Origin: Macrostomum lignano
Lineage: Eukaryota
Assembly: GCA_002269645.1 (NCBI GenBank)
Contig: NIVC01004819.1
Span: 1-34,237 of the forward strand
Length of the DNA stretch: 34,237 bases
Reading direction: 5' to 3'
Part shown: piece by piece, positions 1 to 10,762 of the stretch
Layout: each line of letters opens with the position of its first letter
How positions within the stretch are numbered: the stretch's first letter is position 1
Notes under the pieces: model-generated
Seen by the model: only the letters and a program-made list of their open reading frames with translations
Database searches by the model: none
Told to the model about the DNA's origin: nothing
Program-made: the position numbers and the translations under genes

Positions 1-270
1 TTCTATATCATATTATAACGTATAATTAAAATATTCGGTAAAATATATAGTATTAAATTTAAAAGAAGTCCCATCAGGCTAGGCACAAGTGCATATAGAA
101 TCATCATGCAGAATCAATAATATAGAAAAGTGCAACAGTGAAGTGTATATTCTTGACTCTCCAGTTTTTTATTTAATAATTATATTACCTATCCGAATCA
201 GAATACAAATCAGATCAGTTTTTCTTATGCAAATTGAATTTCTGCTATTAGCAGAATTTGAAATGATGTG

Positions 271-1997
271 AGAGTGCCACTATCACACATGATGTGAACT
301 GCACCAGAGTGCCACTATCACACATGATGTGAACTGCACCAGAGTGCCACTATCACACATGATGTGAACTGCACCAGAGTGCCACTATCACACATGATGT
401 GAACTGCACCAGAGTGCCACTATCACACATGATGTGAACTGCACCAGAGTGCCACTATCACACATGATGTGAACTGCAGCAGAGTGCCACTATCACACAT
501 GATGTGAACTGCAGCAGAGTGCCACTATCACACATGATGTGAACTGCACCAGAGTGCCACTATCACACATGATGTGAACTGCACCAGAGTGCCACTATCA
601 CACATGATGTGAACTGCACCAGAGTGCCACTATCACACATGATGTGAACTGCACCAGAGTGCCACTATCACAAATGATGTGAACTGCAGCAGAGTGCCAC
701 TATCACACATGATGTGAACTGCAGCAGAGTGCCACTATCACACATGATGTGAACTGCACCAGAGTGCCACTATCACAAATGATGTGAACTGCAGCAGAGT
801 GCCACTATCACACATGATGTGAACTGCAGCAGAGTGCCACTATCACACATGATGTGAACTGCACCAGAGTGCCACTATCACAAATGATGTGAACTGCAGC
901 AGAGTGCCACTATCACACATGATGTGAACTGCAGCAGAGTGCCACTATCACACATGATGTGAACTGCACCAGAGTGCCACTATCACACATGATGTGAACT
1001 GCACCAGAGTGCCACTATCACAAATGATGTGAACTGCAGCAGAGTGCCACTATCACACATGATGTGAACTGCAGCAGAGTGCCACTATCACACATGATGT
1101 GAACTGCACCAGAGTGCCACTATCACACATGATGTGAACTGCACCAGAGTGCCACTATCACAAATGATGTGAACTGCACCAGAGTGCCACTATCACACAT
1201 GATGTGAACTGCACCAGAGTGCCACTATCACACATGATGTGAACTGCACCAGAGTGCCACTATCACACATGATGTGAACTGCACCAGAGTGCCACTATCA
1301 CACATGATGTGAACTGCACTAGAGTGCCACTATCACAAATGATGTGAACTGCACCAGAGTGCCACTATCACACATGATGTGAACTGCACCAGAGTGCCAC
1401 TATCACACATGATGTGAACTGCAGCAGAGTGCCACTATCACACATGATGTGAACTGCACAGAGTGCCACTATCACACATGATGTGAACTGCACCAGAGTG
1501 CCACTATCACACATGATGTGAACTGCACCAGAGTGCCACTATCACACATGATGTGAACTGCACCAGAGTGCCACTATCACACATGATGTGAACTGCACCA
1601 GAGTGCCACTATCACAAATGATGTGAACTGCAGCAGAGTGCCACTATCACACATGATGTGAACTGCAGCAGAGTGCCACTATCACACATGATGTGAACTG
1701 CACCAGAGTGCCACTATCACAAATGATGTGAACTGCAGCAGAGTGCCACTATCACACATGATGTGAACTGCACCAGAGTGCCACTATCACACATGATGTG
1801 AACTGCACCAGAGTGCCACTATCACAAATGATGTGAACTGCAGCAGAGTGCCACTATCACACATGATGTGAACTGCAGCAGAGTGCCACTATCACACATG
1901 ATGTGAACTGCACCAGAGTGCCACTATCACACATGATGTGAACTGCACCAGAGTGCCACTATCACAAATGATGTGAACTGCAGCAGAGTGCCACTAT
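271..1997. repeat. 35-bp minisatellite, ~49 copies (AGAGTGCCACTATCACACATGATGTGAACTGCACC)
   Basis: Exact 35-bp period from 271. Two main variable sites (CACAT/CAAAT and GCACC/GCAGC) and one 1-bp deletion near 1460. No unique spacers. Confidence 0.98.
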
Positions 1998-2666
1998 TCA
2001 ACCCTTAAAATTATTTATATGACCACAAACAGCGTTTAAAAGCAGCTATTTTTTGTTAAATCCGCTGACTATAAAACAAAGGCAGACAGAATCATGGCTG
2101 CGAAAAGAAGCTTATAAAATTTCAATTGAAATTTACCTAAATAGGCATCCCTTGATCTCACAGTGGCATCAGTGTCAAAAGCGAAAAAAACTAATTTCCT
2201 CAGTAGAAAAGACTCAAATCCTCGTTAATTTTAATAACTATAATTAAAGCTTTGAAATTGCTGTGCCAATAACAGATTAACAACAAATGAATTCCCTGTT
2301 TTTAGAATATTTATTCGCTTTAAATCTTTTCTAAATTAAGATTCTTCTTTGTTGAGAGTTAGAGACAAAGCTTAAGAAGTGAATTTTTCGATTAAGGATC
2401 CAATCAAGGATTCAGGACACACACATAGACACACACATAGGTGACCATTTGACTTGAAAAGTGAAAATGGTGTTTCTTTCACATCTCTATCAGCCAGGCT
2501 ATCAAAAAGCATATGCTATGCATTGTATTATTTAAAAAAATTGAATAATCATACTTGGATTCCATTATTATTAATCTGTTTGTTACTTTCTAATAAAAAA
2601 TGCTTCTTTCTATTATCCACCTCTTGTACTCGTAAATTGACACTAACTGAATGACTATCTAAGGAA

Positions 2667-2980
2667 GGCCGGCTGTGCGTAGCCCAGTGGTCTAGCTAGG
2701 CGCTCCGATGTGCCAGCGGCCCAGGCTCGATTCCAAGTGCAGTCACATTAATTTGGGGCTAAATTGGAATCTCGGCTTGGCTCTGCTCGTGCAATTAACG
2801 CTCAGCTTGAGGGCCAACCCCCAAGGCACAGTGAAGTGTACATGCCTAACGATAAATAAAGTTAGGGCCGCTGTACACTCCTGTGTGAGTGTGTGCCTGT
2901 GCGTATGACTGCGTACGTATCCCCGCGCTTGTGTGCCTGCTCAGGGGAGTCGGCGGAATGGGGGCAGCAATGCCTCTCGC
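2667..2980 (+). mobile_element. tRNA-derived SINE family 1, copy A (3' truncated)
   Basis: A-box TAGCCCAGTGG at 2680-2690 and B-box-like GGCTCGATTCC at 2724-2734. About 300 bp aligns with the reverse complement of 26570-26870. Confidence 0.85.
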
Positions 2981-3012
2981 TAGCTATGAACGCTCTAAAC
3001 AGCAGCACTCAC

Positions 3013-3570
3013 CCTGCACAATACAGGCCGAATGAAATGCAACAGCTTGAGGCCCTCCATTAGCCGTTAACTCGCTAACGTGACCGCTACTTGACTGATT
3101 TCCATCCGTCGGGATTCGAATCCGGGACCACTGGCCAATACGGAAGCTCCAGCGCCACAGGTCGGGCTGGCAGAGGTACAGGCCGCCATAGCCGCCGAAC
3201 ACGTACATGCCGCAGTCGTGGGCGCAGGCCGTGTGTCCGAACCGAGCACTCGGACCGAAATAAGCGTCCGACGAACTATTCGAATCGCTATGGATTGAAG
3301 TTAAACCAGTAGAACCGTGCGAACCGTCCGACCCGGTGTCGGACAGCTGGCCAGCCGGACAGCTCGGCCAGACCAGATGCCATTCCTCCGATTTCAGATC
3401 GAATCGCCACAGTTCTTGAGTAGGCTTGTCAGCGTAACCGCCAAAGATGTACAGGTAGCGGCTGTGAAGCACTGCGCTGTGATTGCGGCGGCTGCTTGGC
3501 TGGGGCTGATGCTGCTGCTGATGATGCTGCTGCAGGTGCTGCTGCACTGGCGACAGGCGGCCAGATGGAA
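3013..3570 (-). CDS. Kelch-repeat protein, internal coding exon (558 nt)
   Basis: Kelch blades RRNHSAVLHSRYLYIFGGY..LWRFD, PSARFGHTACAHDCGMYVFGGY..LWRW and AVAFHSAC. Acceptor CTGACCGCAG before 3570, donor GTGAGT at 3012-3007. Phase matches the upstream exon (G+TT = Val). Ends mid-blade, so the gene continues toward or past the window start. Confidence 0.88.
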
Positions 3571-3650
3571 CTGCGGTCAGTTGTTAAGGGGATTTTTTAG
3601 CTGGGAATTGTTGTAAACACTGGTTACAGTTAGATTAATCATGTAATCTG

Positions 3651-4225
3651 AATTGAGATTCTTAAGGTGAGATGGACTGAGATTCTCTAGGTCAGATGGA
3701 TTGAGATTCTCAAGGTGAGATGGAGTGAGATTCTCAAGGTGAGATGGACTGAGATTCTCCAGGTGAGATGGAATAAGAATCTCAAGGTGAGATGGACTGA
3801 GATTCTCCAGGTGAGATGGAATGAGAATCTAAAGGTGAGATGGACTGAGATTCTCGAGGTGAGATTGGCTGAGAATGTAAAAGTGAGATGGACTGAGATT
3901 CTCAAGGTGAGATGGACTGAGATTCTCAAAGTGAGATTGTTTGAGAATCTAAAGGTGAGATGGACTGAGATTCTCGAGGTGAGATTGGCTGAGAATCTAA
4001 AAGTGAGATGGACTGAGATTCTCAAAGTGAGATGGACTGAAATTCTCGAGGTGAGATTGGCTGAGAATCTCAAAGTGAGATGGACTGAGATTCTCAAAGT
4101 GAGATGGACTGAGATTCTCAAGGAGAGTTGGACTAAGATTCCCTAGATATGATAGACTGGAAATCTCAAGGTGAGATGGACTGAGATTCTCTAGGTGAGA
4201 TGGACTGAGATTCCCAAGTTAAGAC
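3651..4225. repeat. 24-bp intronic minisatellite, ~24 copies (AAGGTGAGATGGACTGAGATTCTC)
   Basis: 24-bp period (reads KVRWTEIL in one frame); lies wholly within the Kelch intron 3571-4267. Confidence 0.95.
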
Positions 4226-4267
4226 TGGCTTACAATCTTTAGATGGAACAGGCATACAGACACTCAC

Positions 4268-4715
4268 CAGCAGCCGCAGGCGCTGTCAGTTGATCAACCA
4301 CCGCTACCCCACCAGGCTGCCACTGCCTGCTAAGCCGCAGTCTCGGCGACACAATCCACAAAGGACAGTCCGGATAGCCTCCGTGGGTGCCGCCAAACAG
4401 GTACAGCCTGCCATTTGCGCCAGTCATTGTGTGACCGTCTAAATGAGGTGGCGCGCAACCAGTCAGGCTCAGCCGCTCCCAGCCTGCGTCCGAGCGCCAA
4501 CGCCAAGCGTCTTTCAATGGTTGCCGACCTCGCCGACCGCCGTGTACATACAGCCAGCCATTTAACAGGGCGCAGGCCTGTTTCCAACGGCCCAATGGTT
4601 GAGGCTGATCGGCACTATCCAGAAGACTCTGCTCTTCATCAGAATCATCTGGAGCAAAGGTGCCGTTAAATGGTGTTGGCCCGGTCAGTTGAGACCATTG
4701 TACAGTGTTGTCGGT
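4268..4715 (-). CDS. Kelch-repeat protein, upstream coding exon (448 nt)
   Basis: Acceptor TTTTAACACAG before 4715. Open frame TDNTVQWSQL...LGRWKQACALLNGWLYVHGG..DAWRW..PPHLDGHTMTGANGRLYLFGG. Donor GTGAGT at 4267-4262; 448 nt = 149 codons + 1. Confidence 0.88.
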
Positions 4716-4849
4716 CTGTGTTAAAAGTAAATGATTAAAATAGCTTTATTAATTGTATATGCTACTAACAGTAGCAATAAATGGAAATTTGATCTAAAAT
4801 CGTTTATTTATTTTTCACTCTAATTGAATTGTTTATAATAAGAATAAAA

Positions 4850-5141
4850 ACTGATTAGACTTGCAACAATGGGCAGATGTACAACCGACAGCTTAGCCGC
4901 AGCTATTGCACGGCGCATCTGAAGGCTGCGTACGGCTGTTCAGTCCAAGCACTGGGGGGTCGCCACACACACCTTCAATTATCCCAGCTAATGCTGGCAC
5001 CCATTTTATAGCTGGGTGAACAGAAGCAATGCAGAGTTAAGTATCTTGCTTAAATACACAAATTGCTCCAGTTGGGATCAGGAATCGAACCCCCAACCTT
5101 CAATGTTCTAACCTGTAAGCTGCAACACCAATGTAGTCCAC
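4850..5141 (-). mobile_element. tRNA-derived SINE family 2 with CORE/MIR-like central domain
   Basis: Minus strand has B-box GGTTCGATTCC (5091-5081), then TGTGTATTTAAGCAAGATACTTAACTCT...TATAAAATGGGTGCC, resembling the recalled CORE-SINE core (TGTGTGACCTTGGGCAAGTTACTTAACC...TGTAAAATGGG). 3' boundary approximate. Confidence 0.65.
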
Positions 5142-5471
5142 TTTGATAAAAGACAGCTAAAACAGTGGATTTTTCAAATTAGAAAGCTAAAAACTGGATT
5201 AGGCACATCTTTGATTAGAAATTAGAAATGGTTGCCAGCAACAGGGATGCAAAACCAATTCATTTCTCTTATGACTCTGGCGTGACCGTCTTCACTCTCG
5301 AGCACCCTATTAGATACTATCAATACTACTATCAGAAGTAGCTGTACTAATAATTAGGATTCTTTGATTCTTTTTGCTAAAAATATTCAATTATAAATAA
5401 AATAAAATAACAGCATGAATGGCTCAGCTAAAATAGTTTAAACATGCAGACATTTTTCTAAATAAATATTG

Positions 5472-5522
<51 letters not shown>

Positions 5523-5534
5523 TTATTATTTATT
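5472..5534. repeat. (TATT)n microsatellite
   Basis: About 15 TATT units directly visible. Confidence 0.95.
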
Positions 5535-6260
5535 ACCATGTCAAACATTAAAGAGCCACCATGTCAAACATAAAATTTACACAATTTCAAACGTAAAAGT
5601 AAGCGTCATGCCAATTTTAAAGGAGCCACTATAGAGCTAAGGAAATTGTAGCACTAGCTACTTTACTTATTGTATGGTGGATGCTTATTATTTGGGGTGC
5701 TTGCTATCTGGGGGATGCTTGCGATCTGGGGGATGCTTGCGATCTGGGGGATGCTTACGATCTGGGGGATGCTTGCTATCTGGGGGATGCTTACTATCTG
5801 GGGTCTGGGGGAATGCTTGCTATCTGGGGATGCTTGCGATCTGGGGGATGCTTGCGATCTGGGGGATGCTTGCTATCTGGGGGATGCTTACTATCTGGGG
5901 TCTGGGGGAATGCTTGCTATCTGGGGATGCTTGCTATCTGGGGTTGCTTGCTATCGGGGGGATGCTTGCTACCTGGGGGATGCTTGCTATCTGGGGTCTG
6001 GGGGAATGCTTGCTATCTGCGGATGCTTGCTATCTGGGGTTGCTTGCTATCGGGGGGATGCTTGCTACCTGGGGGATGCTTGCTATTTTGGGATCGATGC
6101 TTGAATGCTGTCTGAGGATGCTTGCTGTCTTGGGATGTTTTGTTTTTGGAGGGAATGTCTGTTGTTGTTTTTTGAAGGCTTTAGTTCGCTGTCTATTTGT
6201 TATTTGTAAAGAACAAGGATTCTAACCAGATGTCCCCCATCGGGGGGCGAAGATTGCTAA
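5535..6260 (+). mobile_element. Non-autonomous Helitron, 3' portion (5' end missing)
   Basis: A few CATGTCAAACAT units, then a linker shared with 14895-14960, an 18-bp G-rich array, and a terminal hairpin CCCCC-ATC-GGGGG followed by CTAA|T at 6257-6261. This end matches the one at 13612-13637. Confidence 0.72.
5690..6135. repeat. 18-bp G-rich minisatellite (TCTGGGGGATGCTTGCTA) inside Helitron fragment
   Basis: 18-bp period; a GGGGTCTGGGGGAATG variant recurs about every 100 bp. The same unit occurs at 14970-15297. Confidence 0.93.
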
Positions 6261-6400
6261 TATTGTTATTCTATAATTAATGAGCAAAAGCAAGCAGACA
6301 ACTGCAAAATAAAAAAGTGACCATTCCAATTGCAAAGTGAGTAAGTACACTTCATTGCCAAAAAATAAATTTAGACACCAATTTTATATCTATCTCTTAC

Positions 6401-6460
6401 CTGCAACATCATTCTAGAATATTCAAAAGAGACATTTTCTCCTTCATTGCACATAAAAGC
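6401..6460 (-). CDS. Candidate upstream micro-exon of the Kelch gene (AFMCNEGENVSFEYSRMMLQ)
   Basis: Acceptor CCCTTTGGCCTACAG and donor CAG|GTAAGA; 60 nt, phase 0, in frame with exon 4715. No homology evidence. Confidence 0.35.
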
Positions 6461-6593
6461 CTGTAGGCCAAAGGATTAAAAGTAGTTATGCAATAATTTT
6501 ACCAAAAATAACTATCAATCTATTAGTCTTTTTTTATTCAAAGCAAGAGCTTTAATGATGAAATTAAACAAATATCAATATATTTATTCCTAC

Positions 6594-6647
6594 CTTTATT
6601 CTTGATGCAACAGCATTGCTATAATCAGCAATAGACATGTATTTTGT
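6594..6647 (-). CDS. Candidate upstream micro-exon of the Kelch gene (TKYMSIADYSNAVASRIK)
   Basis: Strong acceptor TCTTTTTTCTTGCTATTTTCCAG and donor AAG|GTAGGA; 54 nt, phase 0, in frame with the 60-nt exon. ATG at 6638. Confidence 0.3.
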
Positions 6648-7642
6648 CTGGAAAATAGCAAGAAAAAAGATTTATAGCTACTTGGCATGGGTAGATAGCC
6701 AAGAAAAAAGCTATTTAAATCATGTTATGGCTTGTGTTTTTGTAGTTTATTAAAGACACCATGAAAATATCATGAGAATATTTTGATAAAAAGATGGGCA
6801 TTACTAGTCATTAAACTCTTCATTAAACAAAATATTTTTGATTTCTTAAAGATTAGACCCTAACATTTTTTCAACCACCAATTTTCTTTCAACATTTCTC
6901 AATGTGTTTCCTTGCAAAGTACTATGATATATGATTGCAAATTGTTTTTGAAATGCTATAGGTAGATAAGCAATGAAGTTCCAATGCTCTTTGAAATGTA
7001 TTGCAATGCTTCCACTTGCACAAGCTTTGTGCTTATCACCACACAAGAAAGGAAATCTGGTGCAAATGCATAGATTTTCAAAAGATGACACTGCAGCAAA
7101 GTGCTGGCAGTAGCTACTAGAGCTGGATATTCACTTGCAAACAGTTAAATTATAGGGCCTACATGTGTGCAGCTTGCACTTGATGGATGAGGCCTACAAT
7201 TGCTTTACAAAGTGCCACAAACAAGACACCCATATTTGCTAGGATGCAATCCAATACCAAGAGCTTGTGCTACCTTGCTTATTTGATTAGACCAGCTACT
7301 ATCTGTGCAAGGGACTGATAAAGAGCTGGACAACATTTACCCTCTAATGCTAGAGCCAATTAGCAATCTGCCTGTAGCCAAGCCTGCAACCTGCCAGCTA
7401 CCACTGCTATGGCAAAGCAACTATCAGCTACCAGATGCTGTGCAAAGAACAGCTGTTGCGACTGAGAGCTCTCACCTTTGCAGCCAATTCCAAGTGAAAG
7501 AGGCAATAATAAAGTGGCTGCAGAAGCTATTCTTGAGGGACAAGGCTAGTGCAATGCAGGCATGCATCCATGACAGTGTGGCTAGGGGCAGCTTCTAATA
7601 GTCAACTGGACACTTGCAGTCAAGGGCTATGCTAGTCAAAGG

Positions 7643-8282
7643 ATGCCATCAATAGATCATTGCAGCTGCACCACAAGAGTTTTGTTGCTTATTGGCTGTT
7701 ACTGGGGATTGCTTTTGCAAGACGACAACAATGCTACAACTAGTGACCTAACACCATCAAATAAAGCCTCTGGCAGCAACTCCAATGAAGCAGCTATCAT
7801 GCTATTGCACAAACTGATAGAAGACTAAATTACTGACCAAGGCAATGCAGTACTAAACAAGGCCACTGAATATCTTGCTGGCTGTGTGCTTAAAATAAGT
7901 GGTATATTGGACTGCATCAACTACAAAGTTTCAGATCTGTCTAGCTATTACATGCAACATTATAGTCATTATCTGGCCCACATAGTCATTAGCCTCATAC
8001 ACCTTTTGTTCGTGGCTTTGGGTGAGTTCTGCAAGATGGAGGCTGCTTTCATAGCATTATTTCCCAGTTTTACTTGTAGCTAAACAATTGGCTGCTGTGT
8101 TCATAGCTGCAGCAGTTGCATCATTAGCATGCAGCTTACATACTACACATGTGTAATGTCAAATATGCAGCATGTTTGCATGGTTTCAACTGCATCATTG
8201 GCACCCTTACAAGATAAAAAGCCTATAAGCAAAGGCAAGCAAAATCAGCACATTAAAAAAGTTTCACAAATTGACAAACTGA
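7643..8282 (+). pseudogene. Decayed P-element/THAP9-like transposase C-terminal region
   Basis: ORFs 7643-7828 and 7829-8083 share a frame, separated by one TAA, giving ...EYLAGCVLKISGILDC...SLIHLLFVALGEFCKMEAAF. A shifted frame gives CSLHTTHV*CQICSMFAWFQLHHW...KKFHKLTN*. These resemble recalled P-transposase C-terminal motifs (YIAGYV..C..C, GL..PS..E..F, C..H..RLHH). Confidence 0.45.
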
Positions 8283-8851
8283 TTAATTGATAAGAAATCT
8301 TTCTATTTAGCTATATGAATATCATGTATATAATATCTCATATTTGCTAAATATAGTTAAATATAACAATATAGCCTTCAATGCAATCTAAAGCATTTAA
8401 ACTGCTGCTTTTAACTGTGGAAAATATAATTATAAGTTTATATTTGCATATAAAGTTATAATGTAGAAGCGGTTACTGTTTTCTAGGAAACCTTATTTCT
8501 AAAATTACGCAAAAACTATGTTTTGTTTTAATTTGCAAAATATTCCTAATATTTTACGTTTGTTATAAATATACACAGTCGAGATGGTATAAATAGGAGC
8601 GAAGTTGGAGGTAGGAAAATTAACACTCGTTCAATAGCTATAAGCTCAAAATGTGTTCAATAAATTGTTCTCAGATCATTATTCATTTCTAAGAGTATTG
8701 TAAAGAAAGTTGGAGGTTGCAATCGGGATTCATGCAAAGAGTAGTACCAAGAGTAATTGCTGTGACCCTCTAATCTCGGTAATGCCCAGACTAGAGAGAG
8801 AAAGTACATATACCAGTAAGACCGCTCAGGCCATACATGTATACTAAGAAT

Positions 8852-8910
8852 GCTACCAGACTAATACATAAGACGCTACCAGACTAATACATAAAAACGC
8901 TACCAGCATA
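8852..8910. repeat. Short ~23-bp tandem duplication (GCTACCAGACTAATACATAAGAC x2.5)
   Basis: Directly visible. Confidence 0.8.
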
Positions 8911-10151
8911 TCCAAATGAAATTCTAAGAAACAGTTAGAAATAGGCCTACCAAAGGCAGAATTTAGTACCAGCAGTATAAATTCTAGAGAGAGCTAAAAG
9001 GCCTAGTACAACTTTGGTGGCAATAGTGGGATAATTGGAGGACAGAAGTAAGCCCTGCAACAACTTTGGTTACAGCGGTAGGATTTGGTATTGTACGGGA
9101 ACACCCCTAGCACAATAATACAATTGCAGCATTGTACTCATTGGTTCTAGTTTTTAAAATATAAAAAACACTAAAATGTTTATATTACTACTAAGCAAAG
9201 AATAGAATAAAAAATGTGTGATGAAAATTAATTAGAATGGCCTATCTAGTGTTGATAATATATATAGATAAAACTAATCTATCAATTTTATCGTAGACTG
9301 CAATCTATCAATTTTCTCTCTATGAACTTCTTCATGGCAACTGATTCTCAAACCAAAATTGGTTCGGATTTCCAATAAAAAAGCAGTATAACTATTTAAC
9401 TTTGTTGAAGTAGTTTGTTGAAGTTGTTGAAGAAGTAGTTAGTAGTGAATTCGTTGTTTGGCTGCCTTAACAGCCTCACTTTGCACAATTTTTTACTTTC
9501 TTCTTGGCTATTGCCATTTAATAATCACAATTTTAAAGCACTAATATCCCTCTAGTTTAGAGACAGAAAGTTATACTTTACAAATTGGTTCTGGTTCTAG
9601 AACTAGAACAATATGAAGAGCCTTTATGAAACTAAAATTTATGAGTAGGCCCCTATAAAAATCCTTTCAATAAAACTAAAAACTATAAAAACATTTCTAT
9701 GAAACTGAAATCCATCAGTGCCAATTAGCATTGCACCTCAATCTAGCCTTGCCAAGCCTCCAAATTCTATTAATGTGTCAACTACATATGTCTGCATTTG
9801 CACTTTGTTGGTCACTGGCCTTCACCTAGGTCATTTCTAGACCTTCAACAGGTGGCACCAGGTGACTATAAATATACTGTTACAAAATTCTTTAGTTTTG
9901 CCAATCAAGCTTCAATAATAGGCAACTGCCTCAACTGCTTCAACTGCTAGACATGCTCAGCTAGTTGCTTAAGTATTCTGTTATTAACCCAATGTCAATG
10001 CCAAAGGCATGCATCAATTACCTTGATAGAAAGTTTATAGTGCTTATTTGTTAATAGGTTTGCTCATTGTTTTGCAAGTAGCATTCCCATGAGGCACTGA
10101 CAAGCTAGAGAAGACTAGACAAAAATCCTATATACTAAAAATGGTCTGTCT

Positions 10152-10154
10152 ATG

Positions 10155-10195
<41 letters not shown>
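10152..10195. repeat. (TATC)n microsatellite in Helitron 5' region
   Basis: About 10 units directly visible. Confidence 0.95.
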
Positions 10196-10646
10196 GTGAT
10201 CGATTAGAGAAAAAATGGCTGGACCGATTTTCTTCGAACTTGCACCATTCGATCAGAAATTTTCCCGTGACGGTACATGCATCTTGGCTAAGAAATTGCT
10301 CCATGTTAAAGCGATTAAATATTCGAAAAACATGCTTTTTTGCAAAGGTCAAGCAAACTTTTCGACTTGAAATGCATTGTAATAATGCTAGAGAAAAAAC
10401 TGACTGGTTGAATTCTGATTCTGAAATAGATTGCATCATAACTGAATTGTAACTCCAACTTGAATTGCGTCACAGTATTGAAAATGCAGTGTGGAAGCGT
10501 AGCACCAGACTTGATTTAGATTGCGTAACCATATTCTCAACTTTAATTGAGACTGATACTGACTTGCCTGGGAAATTGATTATGTCATAACTGCTTCGTG
10601 AGTGAGTGTTGAATTATATGTGAGTGTTGATTTATAAATTCGATAA

Positions 10647-10712
10647 GAGCTAGCCTAGATGTGAACAGACTGGACTGCAAATGCAGCGACCTGGGTTCGA
10701 ATCTTAGTAGTG
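10647..10712 (+). pseudogene. tRNA-Cys(GCA)-like module inside Helitron
   Basis: A-box-like TAGCCTAGATG; anticodon arm CTGGA-CTGCAAA-TGCAG (4/5 pairs, GCA); T-arm CTGGG-TTCGAAT-CTTAG with B-box GGTTCGAATC at 10694-10703. No clear acceptor stem. Decayed copy at 14419-14472. Confidence 0.62.
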
Positions 10713-10762
10713 AAAAGTTTTTTATTAAAAGCTTTTATTCAAGGACAAATAAAGGACAAAAG

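Noticed and set aside
271-1997. 35-bp array as a CRISPR array or CRP-site array
   Set aside because: Units are contiguous with no unique spacers, there are no cas genes, and the context is eukaryotic with spliceosomal introns. TCACA-N5-TGTGA has the wrong orientation and spacing for a CRP site.
2708-2908. Similar short ORFs at 2708-2908 (+) and 26503-26778 (-) as paralogous proteins
   Set aside because: Both are translations of the same SINE family and the frames are not conserved between copies.
2984-3547. ORF as a stand-alone 187-aa gene
   Set aside because: It starts at GTG, and its last residues (ECCCLERS) read through the GTGAGT donor. It is an internal exon.
3687-6225. Repetitive ORFs (KVRWTEIL, RISVHLTL, GMLAIW, GDACYL, GGCLLS)
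   Set aside because: These are by-products of 24-bp and 18-bp tandem units lacking stops. The same applies to the ORFs at 14894-15338.
6846-7091. 81-aa minus-strand ORF as another Kelch exon
   Set aside because: No convincing donor before its stop codon and no recognisable motif.
8580-8680. Solo LTR (TATAAATAG followed by AATAAA)
   Set aside because: No TG...CA ends, TSD or second copy could be identified.
10647-10712. Functional tRNA gene
   Set aside because: No pairing acceptor stem or proper D-arm, and it sits inside a transposon. Kept as a pseudogene-like module.
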